Virus record (IMG/VR): IMGVR_UViG_3300044731_001604
Coordinates: 1-64,000 of that record
Strand: one strand, 5' to 3'
Origin: a virus
DNA length: 64,000 bases
Shown here: in pieces, positions 54,727 to 64,000 of the stretch
Numbering within the stretch: the stretch's first letter is position 1
How the letters are laid out: every line of letters starts with the position of its first letter
Made by a program: the position numbers and the translations under genes
Notes under the pieces: model-generated
Told to the model about the DNA's origin: nothing
Databases searched by the model: none
The model's input: only the letters and a program-made list of their open reading frames with translations

Positions 54727-57251
54727 CTAGGAATTTCTGCGCCTATAGGAAGCGATATGCTAGTATCAGAGATTTCTACCAATAATTTAATATCAATAGA
54801 GGTTCCTTTAAGCTGGACCTCTCCGCCAGAAACACCTGCAAATCTTGGATCATTGGCAAATGACTGCTCTAACGATCTCATAACCTCTTTAACATCTATT
54901 TCAGAGTTTGGCTGACCAACTTGTACCGGATTACCAAACCCTGGATCTTGTAGTAAAGTATTTGTATTCGTTTTAATTTTCATCAATGCTGCTTGGATTA
55001 AATTGGTCATACCGTAAGCAAGTTTAACGTCACCTGCACTAGAGAATACCATATCACCATTTTGATCTAGTAAAAAGTCAACCTTAGCCATTCTAGCAAT
55101 ACCAGTTAAATCAGACACTTCTGGGCTTGTTTTAAGCATTGAAGTGAAGTTAGGTGGAATTAGAGATGGGATAGCTATAAGCATACTTGAATTAATAGTA
55201 TCCGGAGCGTAGACTTTTATCTTAGCATTTTGTGATACTTTATATATACTTAGTAGTGTTTGGCCCGGCTCAAATGTCAAAAGAGTAGATATAGCATTAA
55301 CTACGTCTATTGATTTAATTTTTCTCACCGTCGCTCTTTCGTTATCAGAAGAGATTTCAACAGTTTGCCCTACATAGAATCCAAACGGAGAAGCTACTGA
55401 TAATGTGTCTCCACCAACTGAAGAAGTTACAGTTACATACGTACCTTCTTCATCTACATAAGGAGCCTTTAAAGCATTTAATGCAGCTAGTTCAACCCAA
55501 CGCTCAGATGAACCAAGATACTTCATTGCGACTTGCTCTAATGTTCCGTTTAATGGAAAAGGAACTAGGAATCTTGATTGACTGTTTTGTTCAAATCTAA
55601 TGCCACTTGAAACAGCATAGTCAGAATAGAATTTAAAGTAATCATCTTGAGTTGTTTCAGTGTCATCCATTACAGCTATGATGGAGTCCATTGCACTTAT
55701 TGCATTATTTAATTCATTCAATAAGTTAATATCATCAGTTGTCAACTTTTTATACGTTTTAGTAACAGAGCCATATCCTTTAGATAAGTTATAACTAGAT
55801 GAACCGCCACCGAATGATTCAGAGATAGATCTAGAAAAATCTTCTACCATTTTACGCTTAGCGATCATATCAGCAGATGTTAAAGAATCAATTGATGCAT
55901 CTATTAAATCTAATGCCTCTTGTTCGTTTGGTGATAGAGTCAATGATTCCATTGGAATTTTATCTAATATCTCTGGGTGCTTAACAGCATTATCTAAGAA
56001 CGCATCAAATGGGTCTGAACTATCGCCCGGTTTTGTGTAGTCATCCGGTTGGCCATCGTTTAACTTACTGTTAGTTGTAGCAGTAGTTATGTCATTAGAT
56101 GCTGACGTTCTATCAATAGTTATAATAACGTCTTGATTAACAGACCAAGAATTGCTGAAATATTGTCTTAGTGGCTCTCTTAAATCTTGTTTAATAAAAG
56201 TAGAATTCCAAACGTAATCGCCAACTGTTTTAGTTGCAGATCCAAGTTCCCTAGCAAATGCAGTAGCTTGACCCATTGGAGTTACTAAAGAATCATGTAT
56301 GTCAGATCTAATACCAGATAATACCCCATGCACTCCAGCCACAGTATCTCTAGCTCTTCTTAAAGCTACAAGGGCTGCTGACATTTTGTTAGTTACTGGT
56401 TTTGATGGAGCTTTTGGTATAGATACTTTGCCAATAGATTTGACATTTGGGTACCTTTTATAAGCTATTAGATTAATGTTGTAGCTATACTCATTAGTTC
56501 CAGCACTTTTATTAATAGAATAACTATTTAATGAACAAGCGTAATACTCATTGTCTTTGTTCATTAAAAACACTAGTCTCCAACCTTTATTGGCAGCTAA
56601 TTTTTTGCCGGCCAAATAATAATCAAAGAATCTGGTCATATCGTGGATAGTTTGGTATCCAGTTAATAGGCCAGCATCACTTGAATAATTAAGTGGGGCA
56701 TTGAATGCAGCATCAGCACCAAAAGCAACCTTAACAGCATTAAGAGCTGCGTTTGCTTGGTTTTGAAGATTGTCAATAGATTTGATAGTATTTTTAAATG
56801 CAAACTTAAGAATATCACTAGTTCCGGCATTATTAGCAGCAGAATTTGGAGCAGTTGGGTGTATAGTCCCAGATGTCCCAGCTATAGATATTTGTCTGAA
56901 AGGAGCACCGTTTGCTGTGCTGTATATTCCCTTCATTGTTGCTTCTAATGTCTCAGTTGAAGGTACGCTCTTTTGAATAGCTTGTGGTGGAATTGGAAAA
57001 GTATATACAGCTATAACACCTTTAGACTTATCAACTATTTGGAATTCATAAGAAAGAGACTTATTGAAGTTAGTATTGTTAAGTTTAGAGAATCGGAAGA
57101 ATGTATCAGACGACATAACAGTAGATGAATCTACCGTAGACAATCCACTAATTGCACTATTTGGTTTTTTACCCTGCAAAGACGCAGCAGTACTGCTAAG
57201 TGTTTTCTTAGCTAAATCCCCAGCTTTGCCTAATAAGTTATTGGTACTCAA
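54723..57251 (-). CDS. baseplate fusion protein: tube-like N-terminus, LysM-like domain, C-terminal gp25-like wedge domain (likely TTG start at 57251)
   Basis: GTLEQVAMKYLGSSERWVELAALN (LysM-like); DVKLAYGMTNLIQA...LLQDPGFG...FANDPRF (gp25-like); TTGA overlap with GGAG RBS. Confidence 0.65.
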   Translation of the reverse strand: MSTNNLLGKAGDLAKKTLSSTAASLQGKKPNSAISGLSTVDSSTVMSSDTFFRFSKLNNTNFNKSLSYEFQIVDKSKGVIAVYTFPIPPQAIQKSVPSTETLEATMKGIYSTANGAPFRQISIAGTSGTIHPTAPNSAANNAGTSDILKFAFKNTIKSIDNLQNQANAALNAVKVAFGADAAFNAPLNYSSDAGLLTGYQTIHDMTRFFDYYLAGKKLAANKGWRLVFLMNKDNEYYACSLNSYSINKSAGTNEYSYNINLIAYKRYPNVKSIGKVSIPKAPSKPVTNKMSAALVALRRARDTVAGVHGVLSGIRSDIHDSLVTPMGQATAFARELGSATKTVGDYVWNSTFIKQDLREPLRQYFSNSWSVNQDVIITIDRTSASNDITTATTNSKLNDGQPDDYTKPGDSSDPFDAFLDNAVKHPEILDKIPMESLTLSPNEQEALDLIDASIDSLTSADMIAKRKMVEDFSRSISESFGGGSSSYNLSKGYGSVTKTYKKLTTDDINLLNELNNAISAMDSIIAVMDDTETTQDDYFKFYSDYAVSSGIRFEQNSQSRFLVPFPLNGTLEQVAMKYLGSSERWVELAALNALKAPYVDEEGTYVTVTSSVGGDTLSVASPFGFYVGQTVEISSDNERATVRKIKSIDVVNAISTLLTFEPGQTLLSIYKVSQNAKIKVYAPDTINSSMLIAIPSLIPPNFTSMLKTSPEVSDLTGIARMAKVDFLLDQNGDMVFSSAGDVKLAYGMTNLIQAALMKIKTNTNTLLQDPGFGNPVQVGQPNSEIDVKEVMRSLEQSFANDPRFAGVSGGEVQLKGTSIDIKLLVEISDTSISLPIGAEIPR

Positions 57252-57979
57252 ATTGCAACTCCCGTTCCTGTGCCAACTGCCGGCAATCCACACACTTGCG
57301 CTCCTGCTGGAGGAACTAGTGGTATACATACACCGATTATTGTTACGTTAGCTTTCGCGCTTGACATAACACCATCAGCGTAACCTTTAGCTATCGCATT
57401 ACAAAAATCTGGCCAGAACTCACCTTTAAGATTAGGTGAAAAGCTTTGAATACTTGTGCCAACTAAATCTGGCATAATTCCAGTGAATTTATGGTTTAAA
57501 AGTGGGTCAACTTGGCCTGATCCTGAATATATAATAGTATGAGTGGAATTCAACGTCCAAGCTACAGCAAAGTGTTCTTTCACAGCTTTTGCTATACCAT
57601 CAGAAATTGCTTTCAAATATTCCCCAGAGTTTTTTGGTTTAGGTGGCCAGCTATCGTGCATAGTCCCACCGTACTTACTAACAATAGCATCTCTAGCAGA
57701 ATTGTATATATTCTTGCTGATAAGATTTTGATCTACTATTATCCCAGATCCAGTCCCAACTCCTGGCGGAACTAACGGAGCTGAAGTAAATCCGTTATCT
57801 GAAGTTGTGAAAGACAATGACGTAGTTGATGCTGCTATGCCCCGTCCAATTGATTGACACATTTGTGTAAAGTATATTGGATTTTCTTGGGCCATTGGGT
57901 CATATCCACTAATTTTTGTCATATTAGTTCTGATATTGGTTTGAATCATGTTACTAAAAACGTCTGGAATGATTGCCAT
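57248..57979 (-). CDS. baseplate/spike-associated protein
   Basis: follows spike gene; repeated AI.GIA helices; terminal GTGTG motif. Confidence 0.55.
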   Translation of the reverse strand: MAIIPDVFSNMIQTNIRTNMTKISGYDPMAQENPIYFTQMCQSIGRGIAASTTSLSFTTSDNGFTSAPLVPPGVGTGSGIIVDQNLISKNIYNSARDAIVSKYGGTMHDSWPPKPKNSGEYLKAISDGIAKAVKEHFAVAWTLNSTHTIIYSGSGQVDPLLNHKFTGIMPDLVGTSIQSFSPNLKGEFWPDFCNAIAKGYADGVMSSAKANVTIIGVCIPLVPPAGAQVCGLPAVGTGTGVAI

Positions 57980-58695
57980 TAAAATGGGCCTCCAGCTTTT
58001 ACGTTTCTAACACCAATTGACGGCTGACCAGTGATATTATCTACTAGCGGCATAGTCTTAGTAGTTAACACTTCGCCCATATCGCCATTTAAGTTTATCT
58101 CTTTTGCAGTAATTGTTGCATTATTTGAAGCAGTTACATCTACATTTTTACAGTTTAAAGTAACATCTCCGGCCACTGTAACCGACATAGCATTCTTAAT
58201 ATTAATCTTTAAATCTTTGGCATCTATTGTAATAGTATTACTTGCTTTATCTAAAACTATTTTTTCGCCAACAGAATCATTTAACTCTATGGTATTTTTA
58301 GTTAATTTAAAACTAGGTCCAGAATCAGATGTGACAGAATAATTGCCGTCTTTGTCTATATATCTAACAATGCTATTAAATCTATTGCGCCAATGTTTTC
58401 CTAAGCTAGCATTTTGACTAGCTGGATAATGCCTGGTACCGCCTTGAATAATTCCAAGTGAAGTATCTCCGCGTGGAAACATAACCATAACCTTAGCGCC
58501 AACTTCTAATACTATATCCTCGAAATCATCATTTGTTCCGAATACATCGCCACGTATACAGCGACAAGGTAATTGAGCATATTCATCCGCTGTGATAAGA
58601 ACTTGGTATTGGTACTGATAGCCAGATGAGTTGATCTTATCTTTTGGCGCATAAACATTTGTTATTGTTCCGAAATAATATCCGTTAAGTTTCAT
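57979..58695 (-). CDS. baseplate central spike (gpV/gp45-like)
   Basis: OB-fold N-terminus (VGAKVMVMFPRGD) followed by beta-helical repeats. Confidence 0.7.
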   Translation of the reverse strand: MKLNGYYFGTITNVYAPKDKINSSGYQYQYQVLITADEYAQLPCRCIRGDVFGTNDDFEDIVLEVGAKVMVMFPRGDTSLGIIQGGTRHYPASQNASLGKHWRNRFNSIVRYIDKDGNYSVTSDSGPSFKLTKNTIELNDSVGEKIVLDKASNTITIDAKDLKINIKNAMSVTVAGDVTLNCKNVDVTASNNATITAKEINLNGDMGEVLTTKTMPLVDNITGQPSIGVRNVKAGGPF

Positions 58696-60770
58696 AACTC
58701 ACCTTCATCATCTCTGTTCTTACGTGCGCCCGTGTACTGTATATCAGTAAATCCTGGTAAATTATTTTGATCAATCATAGAGTTAGTAGTTTCAAAATCT
58801 ATATTGCCAGTTGGGTATTGTGGAATTCCGCTAACTGAGGACGCTATCATTCCATTTGAAACTTGACAAACTGTTCTAAACATTTTTCTTCCTGAAGCAT
58901 CCAAAGATCCTGTGTGAGAAACTGCGTCAATATGGAATAGGACTCCCCTTACTTGGAGATTATCTCCTTCACAGATTGGCTCTTGAATTCCTTGCAATGA
59001 CACAGATCCGAAATGTTTTAGGTGTCCATTAAATAGCCAGTCAGCTCTTTGTCTAGCTAATATATCAACTATGGTTCCGAAGTCATCAGACGCAACGTCG
59101 TAATTAGTCTCAGTAATATCAGCTCTTAATCCGTGACGTTTAATGTCCCCATCATCAGATACATAGTTCGGTTTTAGGAACTGAACTCTTTTCATTGTTT
59201 CAGGGCTAACAGCTCCGCCTGATATTTCAGCAGCTCTATTTCTTCCCCAAACTTGAACAAAGTTAATTCTATTAGATTCGCTTGATGCTGTATCAATACT
59301 TAAAAGGACAGATTCGTCAATTATCCAACGCGGCAATTCTCCGAACATTGTTCTTTCAGCTAGATCTGGAGCAACCTTTGCTATCTTTTCATAAGTTTTA
59401 GCCATATCAGAAGTGTTCGGAACCTTGTTCTCTTTCTCTTTTGCTATCTTATCTTTGATTTGATCAGCAATGCTTTTCTTTTTTGGAGATCCAGCTTTCT
59501 TTTCTTGTAACACTGGAGCCTTTTTTAATAGATATGGAAATAGCCCGGTGCTTAATGGTTTCTCTCTAACTATTAAATGAGGTCTTATTTGTCCTTGTCT
59601 ATTGCACCTTAATACAGTGTACATTTCGTTTACAACTGGATTTAAGAATTGGGAATATATATTCCAAAATGAGTTATTGTCCCAAATAGGTGGCATTAAA
59701 AATGGGACATACCCTTTGCAGCGAGTTTTACTTCTATGGAAAACACCTTCAGCAGATGATTCTGGAGTAAAGTCTGGGGAGAATTGTTCCCAAGTATTTT
59801 TACCTGTATTTTTATATTTTTGTAAGCCCAAGTTTAAATTGTATAATTGCCACAATTTGCTAGCCTTTGGCGCATGGAAAATGTTAGCTACGCTATCGGG
59901 TATTCCAATAGCATCAGAGAAAACCCCTTTTGCTCCCGGTATAACATTGTTGGCTAAGTTTGAACTTGTATCAACACCCATTGTTATAATAAACAATAAT
60001 CCAATGATCGCCTCTGGAGATGTATCCCCAGTTATTCCACTTCCGCTTGGGTTTGCTCTATAGAAATTCAGGAACGCTTTACTTAAGTTGGTTAAAGCTG
60101 CGTCCATGCCATTTGTTACGCCTTTTTGTGGAATGCTTGCTTTTTGGCCAGGATTTAATGAATCTCCTAGTTTTTCCAATTCATTTTGTAAAAAGGATTG
60201 GGCAGCTAGATTAGAATCTCTTGAATTAAGACCGCTGATAACATCTTGCGCTACGAAACTATAATAAACACTTGAGCTTAATTCTAAAAAGGATTGACAC
60301 GAAACTGTTTGATTTATAGATCTTTGTCCACTTGAAGAAATAGAGTCAGAATTCTGTACACTTAAAACTCTTCCAAAGAACTTAAGTCCAGATCTCCAAT
60401 CATTTAAAGATACTTTGCCTTTACCGAAAAGAGCGTCAACTATACCGTCAATATGATTTTGTTGATCAGACATCCACACAAAAACGTAATCACCTGGGGC
60501 AACTGCGTGTGGGTACCATATATCACCCGGTTTCATTGTTAATGAGCAAGTTTTGGCAAATGATGATTTGGAATTATTGATAGAAACAGATACGCAATCA
60601 TTTTCTACTACCATTAGTGGTTTTTCTGCGAATGGCTTTTCATTACCTGAATACATAAAGCCTGGAGTTTTAAATCTTACAAACGCAACGCACCATGAAG
60701 GGTTTCTGCTTTCAAAGAAATCCCCCTCACTGTCTTTTGTTGCTGTTAAAAGGTAAGATGGTGCCGTCAT
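58692..60770 (-). CDS. baseplate hub protein (gp27/gp44-like)
   Basis: lies between TMP and spike; KFFGRV; C-terminal GSVSLQG...ICEGD...FHIDAVSH. Confidence 0.65.
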   Translation of the reverse strand: MTAPSYLLTATKDSEGDFFESRNPSWCVAFVRFKTPGFMYSGNEKPFAEKPLMVVENDCVSVSINNSKSSFAKTCSLTMKPGDIWYPHAVAPGDYVFVWMSDQQNHIDGIVDALFGKGKVSLNDWRSGLKFFGRVLSVQNSDSISSSGQRSINQTVSCQSFLELSSSVYYSFVAQDVISGLNSRDSNLAAQSFLQNELEKLGDSLNPGQKASIPQKGVTNGMDAALTNLSKAFLNFYRANPSGSGITGDTSPEAIIGLLFIITMGVDTSSNLANNVIPGAKGVFSDAIGIPDSVANIFHAPKASKLWQLYNLNLGLQKYKNTGKNTWEQFSPDFTPESSAEGVFHRSKTRCKGYVPFLMPPIWDNNSFWNIYSQFLNPVVNEMYTVLRCNRQGQIRPHLIVREKPLSTGLFPYLLKKAPVLQEKKAGSPKKKSIADQIKDKIAKEKENKVPNTSDMAKTYEKIAKVAPDLAERTMFGELPRWIIDESVLLSIDTASSESNRINFVQVWGRNRAAEISGGAVSPETMKRVQFLKPNYVSDDGDIKRHGLRADITETNYDVASDDFGTIVDILARQRADWLFNGHLKHFGSVSLQGIQEPICEGDNLQVRGVLFHIDAVSHTGSLDASGRKMFRTVCQVSNGMIASSVSGIPQYPTGNIDFETTNSMIDQNNLPGFTDIQYTGARKNRDDEGEL

Positions 60771-63007
60771 TATCTATTCTTTTGTGGTCCGGTTACGACC
60801 TGTGGCGGAGCATTACTTGTCCCAACTGGACCTTTTGCCCCTAGTTTTTGTATTTCATCTATTGTATTTTGGTATCCTTTTATAACAGCTCTTGTTATAG
60901 CGTCGGATACCTGAGCGCCTGTTTTATTTAACATATTTTGCATTGCAGTATCTGCGCCTGCTTCAACTCCAGCTCTTCCTCTATCTGTAATATCAGCACC
61001 AGAAACAGCGGCAACTTCCACTGGCTTAGAACCTTCTGGAGGAGTGAATGAAGCTTTAGCTACATCGAAGAATCCGCCTCCGCCTTTTGTATTATCAAAA
61101 GCTTTAAGAGATCCTGTCATGTATAAAGTTGATACGTCTTTTCCGGTCGCTCTATTTAATCTCTCTAATTCAGGTGCGCCAACACTGCTTGCAAATGCAG
61201 TTTTAGCTATATCTAAACTTGAGCCCAAAGCAGCGGCAACTTCTTTAGGCGACATTTTGCCGCCCAAATATTTAGAAATTGCTTCATGTGTGCTTGATGC
61301 AGTTAAATCCATTTTAGAGAACGTTTCCACAGCAAAGGCATTTGTTATGCCCATTGATGCAAGTTTTTGAATCATGATAGTATTGATTCCGCCGCCGCCG
61401 ATCCCCATTCTTTGTTGCAATGCTTCAAAATTTGTTATGCCTTGGAATGTTTTTTCAACTCCCGGCAACATAGGGTTAACTGCAGATACTGCGCCGGCAA
61501 CTGCTCCGCCAACTGTCAATTCGCTTTCGCCCAAACCACGTTGGCCAGCGCGAGCGGCTATGTAATCATTCATGGCACTTCTAGCCGGTTGATCTAAAAC
61601 AGAAGTTAATCCAGATATAGCACCAAGTGTATTATACCCAGCTTGTGCAGCAGGTAAACTGATTCTATTTAAAGCTGCATTTCTTAATTGTGCCTGTTGA
61701 GTTGCGGCACTAAATCCATAAGCTGCATTTGCGAATGAAAATGATGCAATCTCAGCTTCTCTTCCCATTGGATTAATACCTTGTGCAACCATTGCATTTA
61801 AAATTGGATTAGCTCTTGTCATACTAACGCCCTGTCTACTGATTAAAGCAGACAAAGTATCAGTTGCAGCCACTCCCAAAAGCCTTTGGATTTTTTCTAA
61901 ATCAGCATCACGAGTCATTCTGTTTGAACCAGCTTCTCGTCCAGCAAGTCCATATAATTCTAAATCTCTAGATCTATATTCGCCACGAGTTTCAGCTTCA
62001 ATTTGTTCTCTAGTTTTTTCTGTAGCACGACCAGCAAAAAAACCGCCAGCGCCACCAATTAAACCACCGAGCAATGTTCCAACTGGACCGCCCATAAATG
62101 TACCAGCAACAGCTCCAGCCCCTGCGCCTTGTAAAGCTCTGGCCCAGGCAGTTTGTAATCTTGTTTTTGAGCTAACCATATTTGAATATGCTGGGTCATT
62201 GGTAATATTTGCTTCTAATCCAACACCTGATTCTTGTAAAAGTAAGGCAGTTGGGTCGCCTTGCATAGCACCCTGAGCAGCGCCAAGTCTCAGACGTCTT
62301 TGCGCTAAGTATGCATCAGTCCCCATAGTATAATCTTGTCTGATGCTTCCTTCATTGTATAAGCCCCAAGCTCTTTCAGCTCCAACATAAGCTCCACCAA
62401 CTCCAGCCAATAATCTAGGACCATATTGCATTAATGCGCCACGAGTAGCGTATTCGCCTAAACCAACAGACGACATTGATGAATATAATCTTTCGTTTAT
62501 TGGGCTAGCAACTCTAATTTGTTGCTCAAGTTGTTGTTTTTGTTGTGCAATTGCTACAGCAGATGCTTGTGTAGCGGCAAGTTCTTTTTGTCTTAGAGCT
62601 TCCCCAGCTTGAAAATCAGATTCAGACATAGACGCTTTTTTAGCTCTAAACTTTTCTAATTCCGCCTCATTATCTTTTAATTTTCTTAAAATTTCGTCTG
62701 ATTGCTGCTCGAAGTGTTTGACTTCAATTTTAGCAGCATCAATTATTCCTTTATAGCTTTTTCCTAGGAATTCATTCGATTTACGGGTTAGTTCATCAAA
62801 AGCATTAGTTATTCCACCTAGACCGCTTTGAGATTTTGTCAAAGATTCTAATGCTTTAGTGATTGATTGCATTTTTTTGTCAATACCATCAAATGATGTA
62901 CCGCCAGCATTACCCAAGCTATTTAGGCGCGACTCAGCCTCTTTTAACAATGTATTCACATTGTCTAAGCCTTCGATTCCTGCTGAAAATGTTAACTTGG
63001 CAGCCAC
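60770..63007 (-). CDS. tail tape measure protein
   Basis: Ala/Gly-rich helical, N-terminal coiled coil, GAGAGAVAG..GGPVGTLLGGLIGG segment; follows the chaperone pair. Confidence 0.75.
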   Translation of the reverse strand: MAAKLTFSAGIEGLDNVNTLLKEAESRLNSLGNAGGTSFDGIDKKMQSITKALESLTKSQSGLGGITNAFDELTRKSNEFLGKSYKGIIDAAKIEVKHFEQQSDEILRKLKDNEAELEKFRAKKASMSESDFQAGEALRQKELAATQASAVAIAQQKQQLEQQIRVASPINERLYSSMSSVGLGEYATRGALMQYGPRLLAGVGGAYVGAERAWGLYNEGSIRQDYTMGTDAYLAQRRLRLGAAQGAMQGDPTALLLQESGVGLEANITNDPAYSNMVSSKTRLQTAWARALQGAGAGAVAGTFMGGPVGTLLGGLIGGAGGFFAGRATEKTREQIEAETRGEYRSRDLELYGLAGREAGSNRMTRDADLEKIQRLLGVAATDTLSALISRQGVSMTRANPILNAMVAQGINPMGREAEIASFSFANAAYGFSAATQQAQLRNAALNRISLPAAQAGYNTLGAISGLTSVLDQPARSAMNDYIAARAGQRGLGESELTVGGAVAGAVSAVNPMLPGVEKTFQGITNFEALQQRMGIGGGGINTIMIQKLASMGITNAFAVETFSKMDLTASSTHEAISKYLGGKMSPKEVAAALGSSLDIAKTAFASSVGAPELERLNRATGKDVSTLYMTGSLKAFDNTKGGGGFFDVAKASFTPPEGSKPVEVAAVSGADITDRGRAGVEAGADTAMQNMLNKTGAQVSDAITRAVIKGYQNTIDEIQKLGAKGPVGTSNAPPQVVTGPQKNR

Positions 63008-63042
63008 GGTTTAACCTCTTTTAATTGTATCTTGTATATATA

Positions 63043-63054
63043 AGATTAGGTCAA
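63043..63054 (-). promoter_or_regulatory. putative phage late promoter motif
   Basis: TTGACCTAATCT on - strand, overlapping the upstream TGA stop. Confidence 0.55.
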
Positions 63055-63467
63055 AATTCATCAGAATCTTGAAATTCTTCAAAAGGTATTTCTTCATTAA
63101 CTTCAACTACTTGGTTTTTATCAAACTCTTTATCTATATTGGCCAATTCTTGTTTATACCATTCGTCATCTTCAAGGTAAACTTGTTCAGCCTCTTCGTC
63201 AAGAACAGAGCCTCTAACTGCATCTTCGATAACTTCTTCAAAGATCTTCTTCTCTTCTTCTGAACCGTTTGCTAGTTTATAAAACTGTTCTTCATAATAA
63301 TTTTGCAGGACAAACTCATACGGATAATCTAATACCGTTTTTAACGGGGTGCTAAATTCTCTGCTAAACCAGCGGCAAATGCTTCTATACCAACTATCAA
63401 AAGTTGGATTTTTAGTGTCAGCAATTGCCGTGTTTTTAATAACTAGGAGTTCGTCCTGAGTAATCAT
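63051..63467 (-). CDS. tail assembly chaperone, second (T-like) ORF
   Basis: immediately upstream of TMP; acidic C-terminus. Confidence 0.55.
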   Translation of the reverse strand: MITQDELLVIKNTAIADTKNPTFDSWYRSICRWFSREFSTPLKTVLDYPYEFVLQNYYEEQFYKLANGSEEEKKIFEEVIEDAVRGSVLDEEAEQVYLEDDEWYKQELANIDKEFDKNQVVEVNEEIPFEEFQDSDEF

Positions 63468-63469
63468 TA

Positions 63470-63847
63470 CTAGCCTTTTGCAAGTTGCTCTAAAGCTTTT
63501 TTGGCTTTATCTTTTAATTCTTCTTTGCGTTTTTTCTCTTCTTTTAAACATGCTTCAAAAAGAAGTGGGATAAGATTTTCATCTACTAAATCTAATCCGC
63601 TATTTGAATTTGTCCACCAAGCTGGGGCTTCGAGGATTCTGACAGACAATTCAGCAATCATGTAAGCTTCACCTTGTAAAGCTGGCGGAGCAGCTTGGGA
63701 ATCATTGCCCAATACAAAGCGACGTTTTTCGTCAGAAACAAACTGATCTCTTCTGCTTAGTAAAGTTTTTACTTTGAATTTGCCTTCAAAAATGCTTCCT
63801 GTTTCAGATCCAACTTCACTAAAATTAATGATACCAACTTCTTCCAT
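63470..63847 (-). CDS. tail assembly chaperone (G-like)
   Basis: FEGKFKVK...LSVRILEAPAWW; position upstream of TMP. Confidence 0.6.
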   Translation of the reverse strand: MEEVGIINFSEVGSETGSIFEGKFKVKTLLSRRDQFVSDEKRRFVLGNDSQAAPPALQGEAYMIAELSVRILEAPAWWTNSNSGLDLVDENLIPLLFEACLKEEKKRKEELKDKAKKALEQLAKG

Positions 63848-63896
63848 TTAAACCTCCGGTAATATAATATACCACATTATTTAGTTTGAATTTAAT

Positions 63897-63925
63897 TTAG
63901 TTTCAATTTAATTTTGTGGTATATT
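63897..63925 (+). promoter_or_regulatory. extended -10 promoter for a + strand gene starting at 63947
   Basis: TGnTATATT; AAGGAG RBS downstream. Confidence 0.45.
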
Positions 63926-63946
63926 TGTTTAATTAAAGGAGAATAT

Positions 63947-64000
63947 ATGTCTGATAGTTTACCTTCAGCTAAGCAAGAGATGTACCACGTAATCATGTTA
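63947..64000 (+). CDS. start of a gene truncated by the window end
   Basis: AAGGAG RBS + ATG, open to the end of the window. Confidence 0.45.
   Translation, partial: MSDSLPSAKQEMYHVIML

Noticed and set aside
1-64000. Host assignment and tRNA genes
   Set aside because: No tRNA-like cloverleaf was noticed in the short intergenic gaps. GT9 and sigma70 promoters suggest a Gram-negative host but do not identify it.

Overview
A 64-kb segment of a large, AT-rich lytic myovirus-like phage genome read with the standard genetic code. No rRNA, tRNA, CRISPR, integrase or reverse transcriptase was recognised. (1) 1-9.6 kb, + strand: early/accessory genes behind sigma70-type promoters, including a GT9 glycosyltransferase, S8 protease, PIN-PhoH, DEDDh exonuclease, T5-A1-like phosphoesterase/nuclease and a lipoprotein metallopeptidase. 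(2) 9.6-34.5 kb, - strand: an M15 endolysin and about 14 fibre/adhesin genes built from a small set of shared modules. (3) 34.6-40.8 kb, + strand, inserted against the structural operon: a single-promoter, translationally coupled array of 31 paralogous 56-82 aa genes. They share an N-terminal M-[KRI]-K-R-x-Q-[IL] tag and have hypervariable bodies. One member is almost entirely a 12-bp tandem repeat flanked by an exact 33-bp direct repeat. This array is the best candidate for an undescribed system. (4) 40.8-63.9 kb, - strand: contractile tail/baseplate module with chaperones, tape measure, hub, spike, a LysM/gp25-like fusion, a 2043-aa baseplate J and a tube-like protein. A candidate phage late promoter (TARCCTAATCT on the - strand) precedes nine structural genes. 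All family assignments come from motif recognition by eye; no database searches were run.
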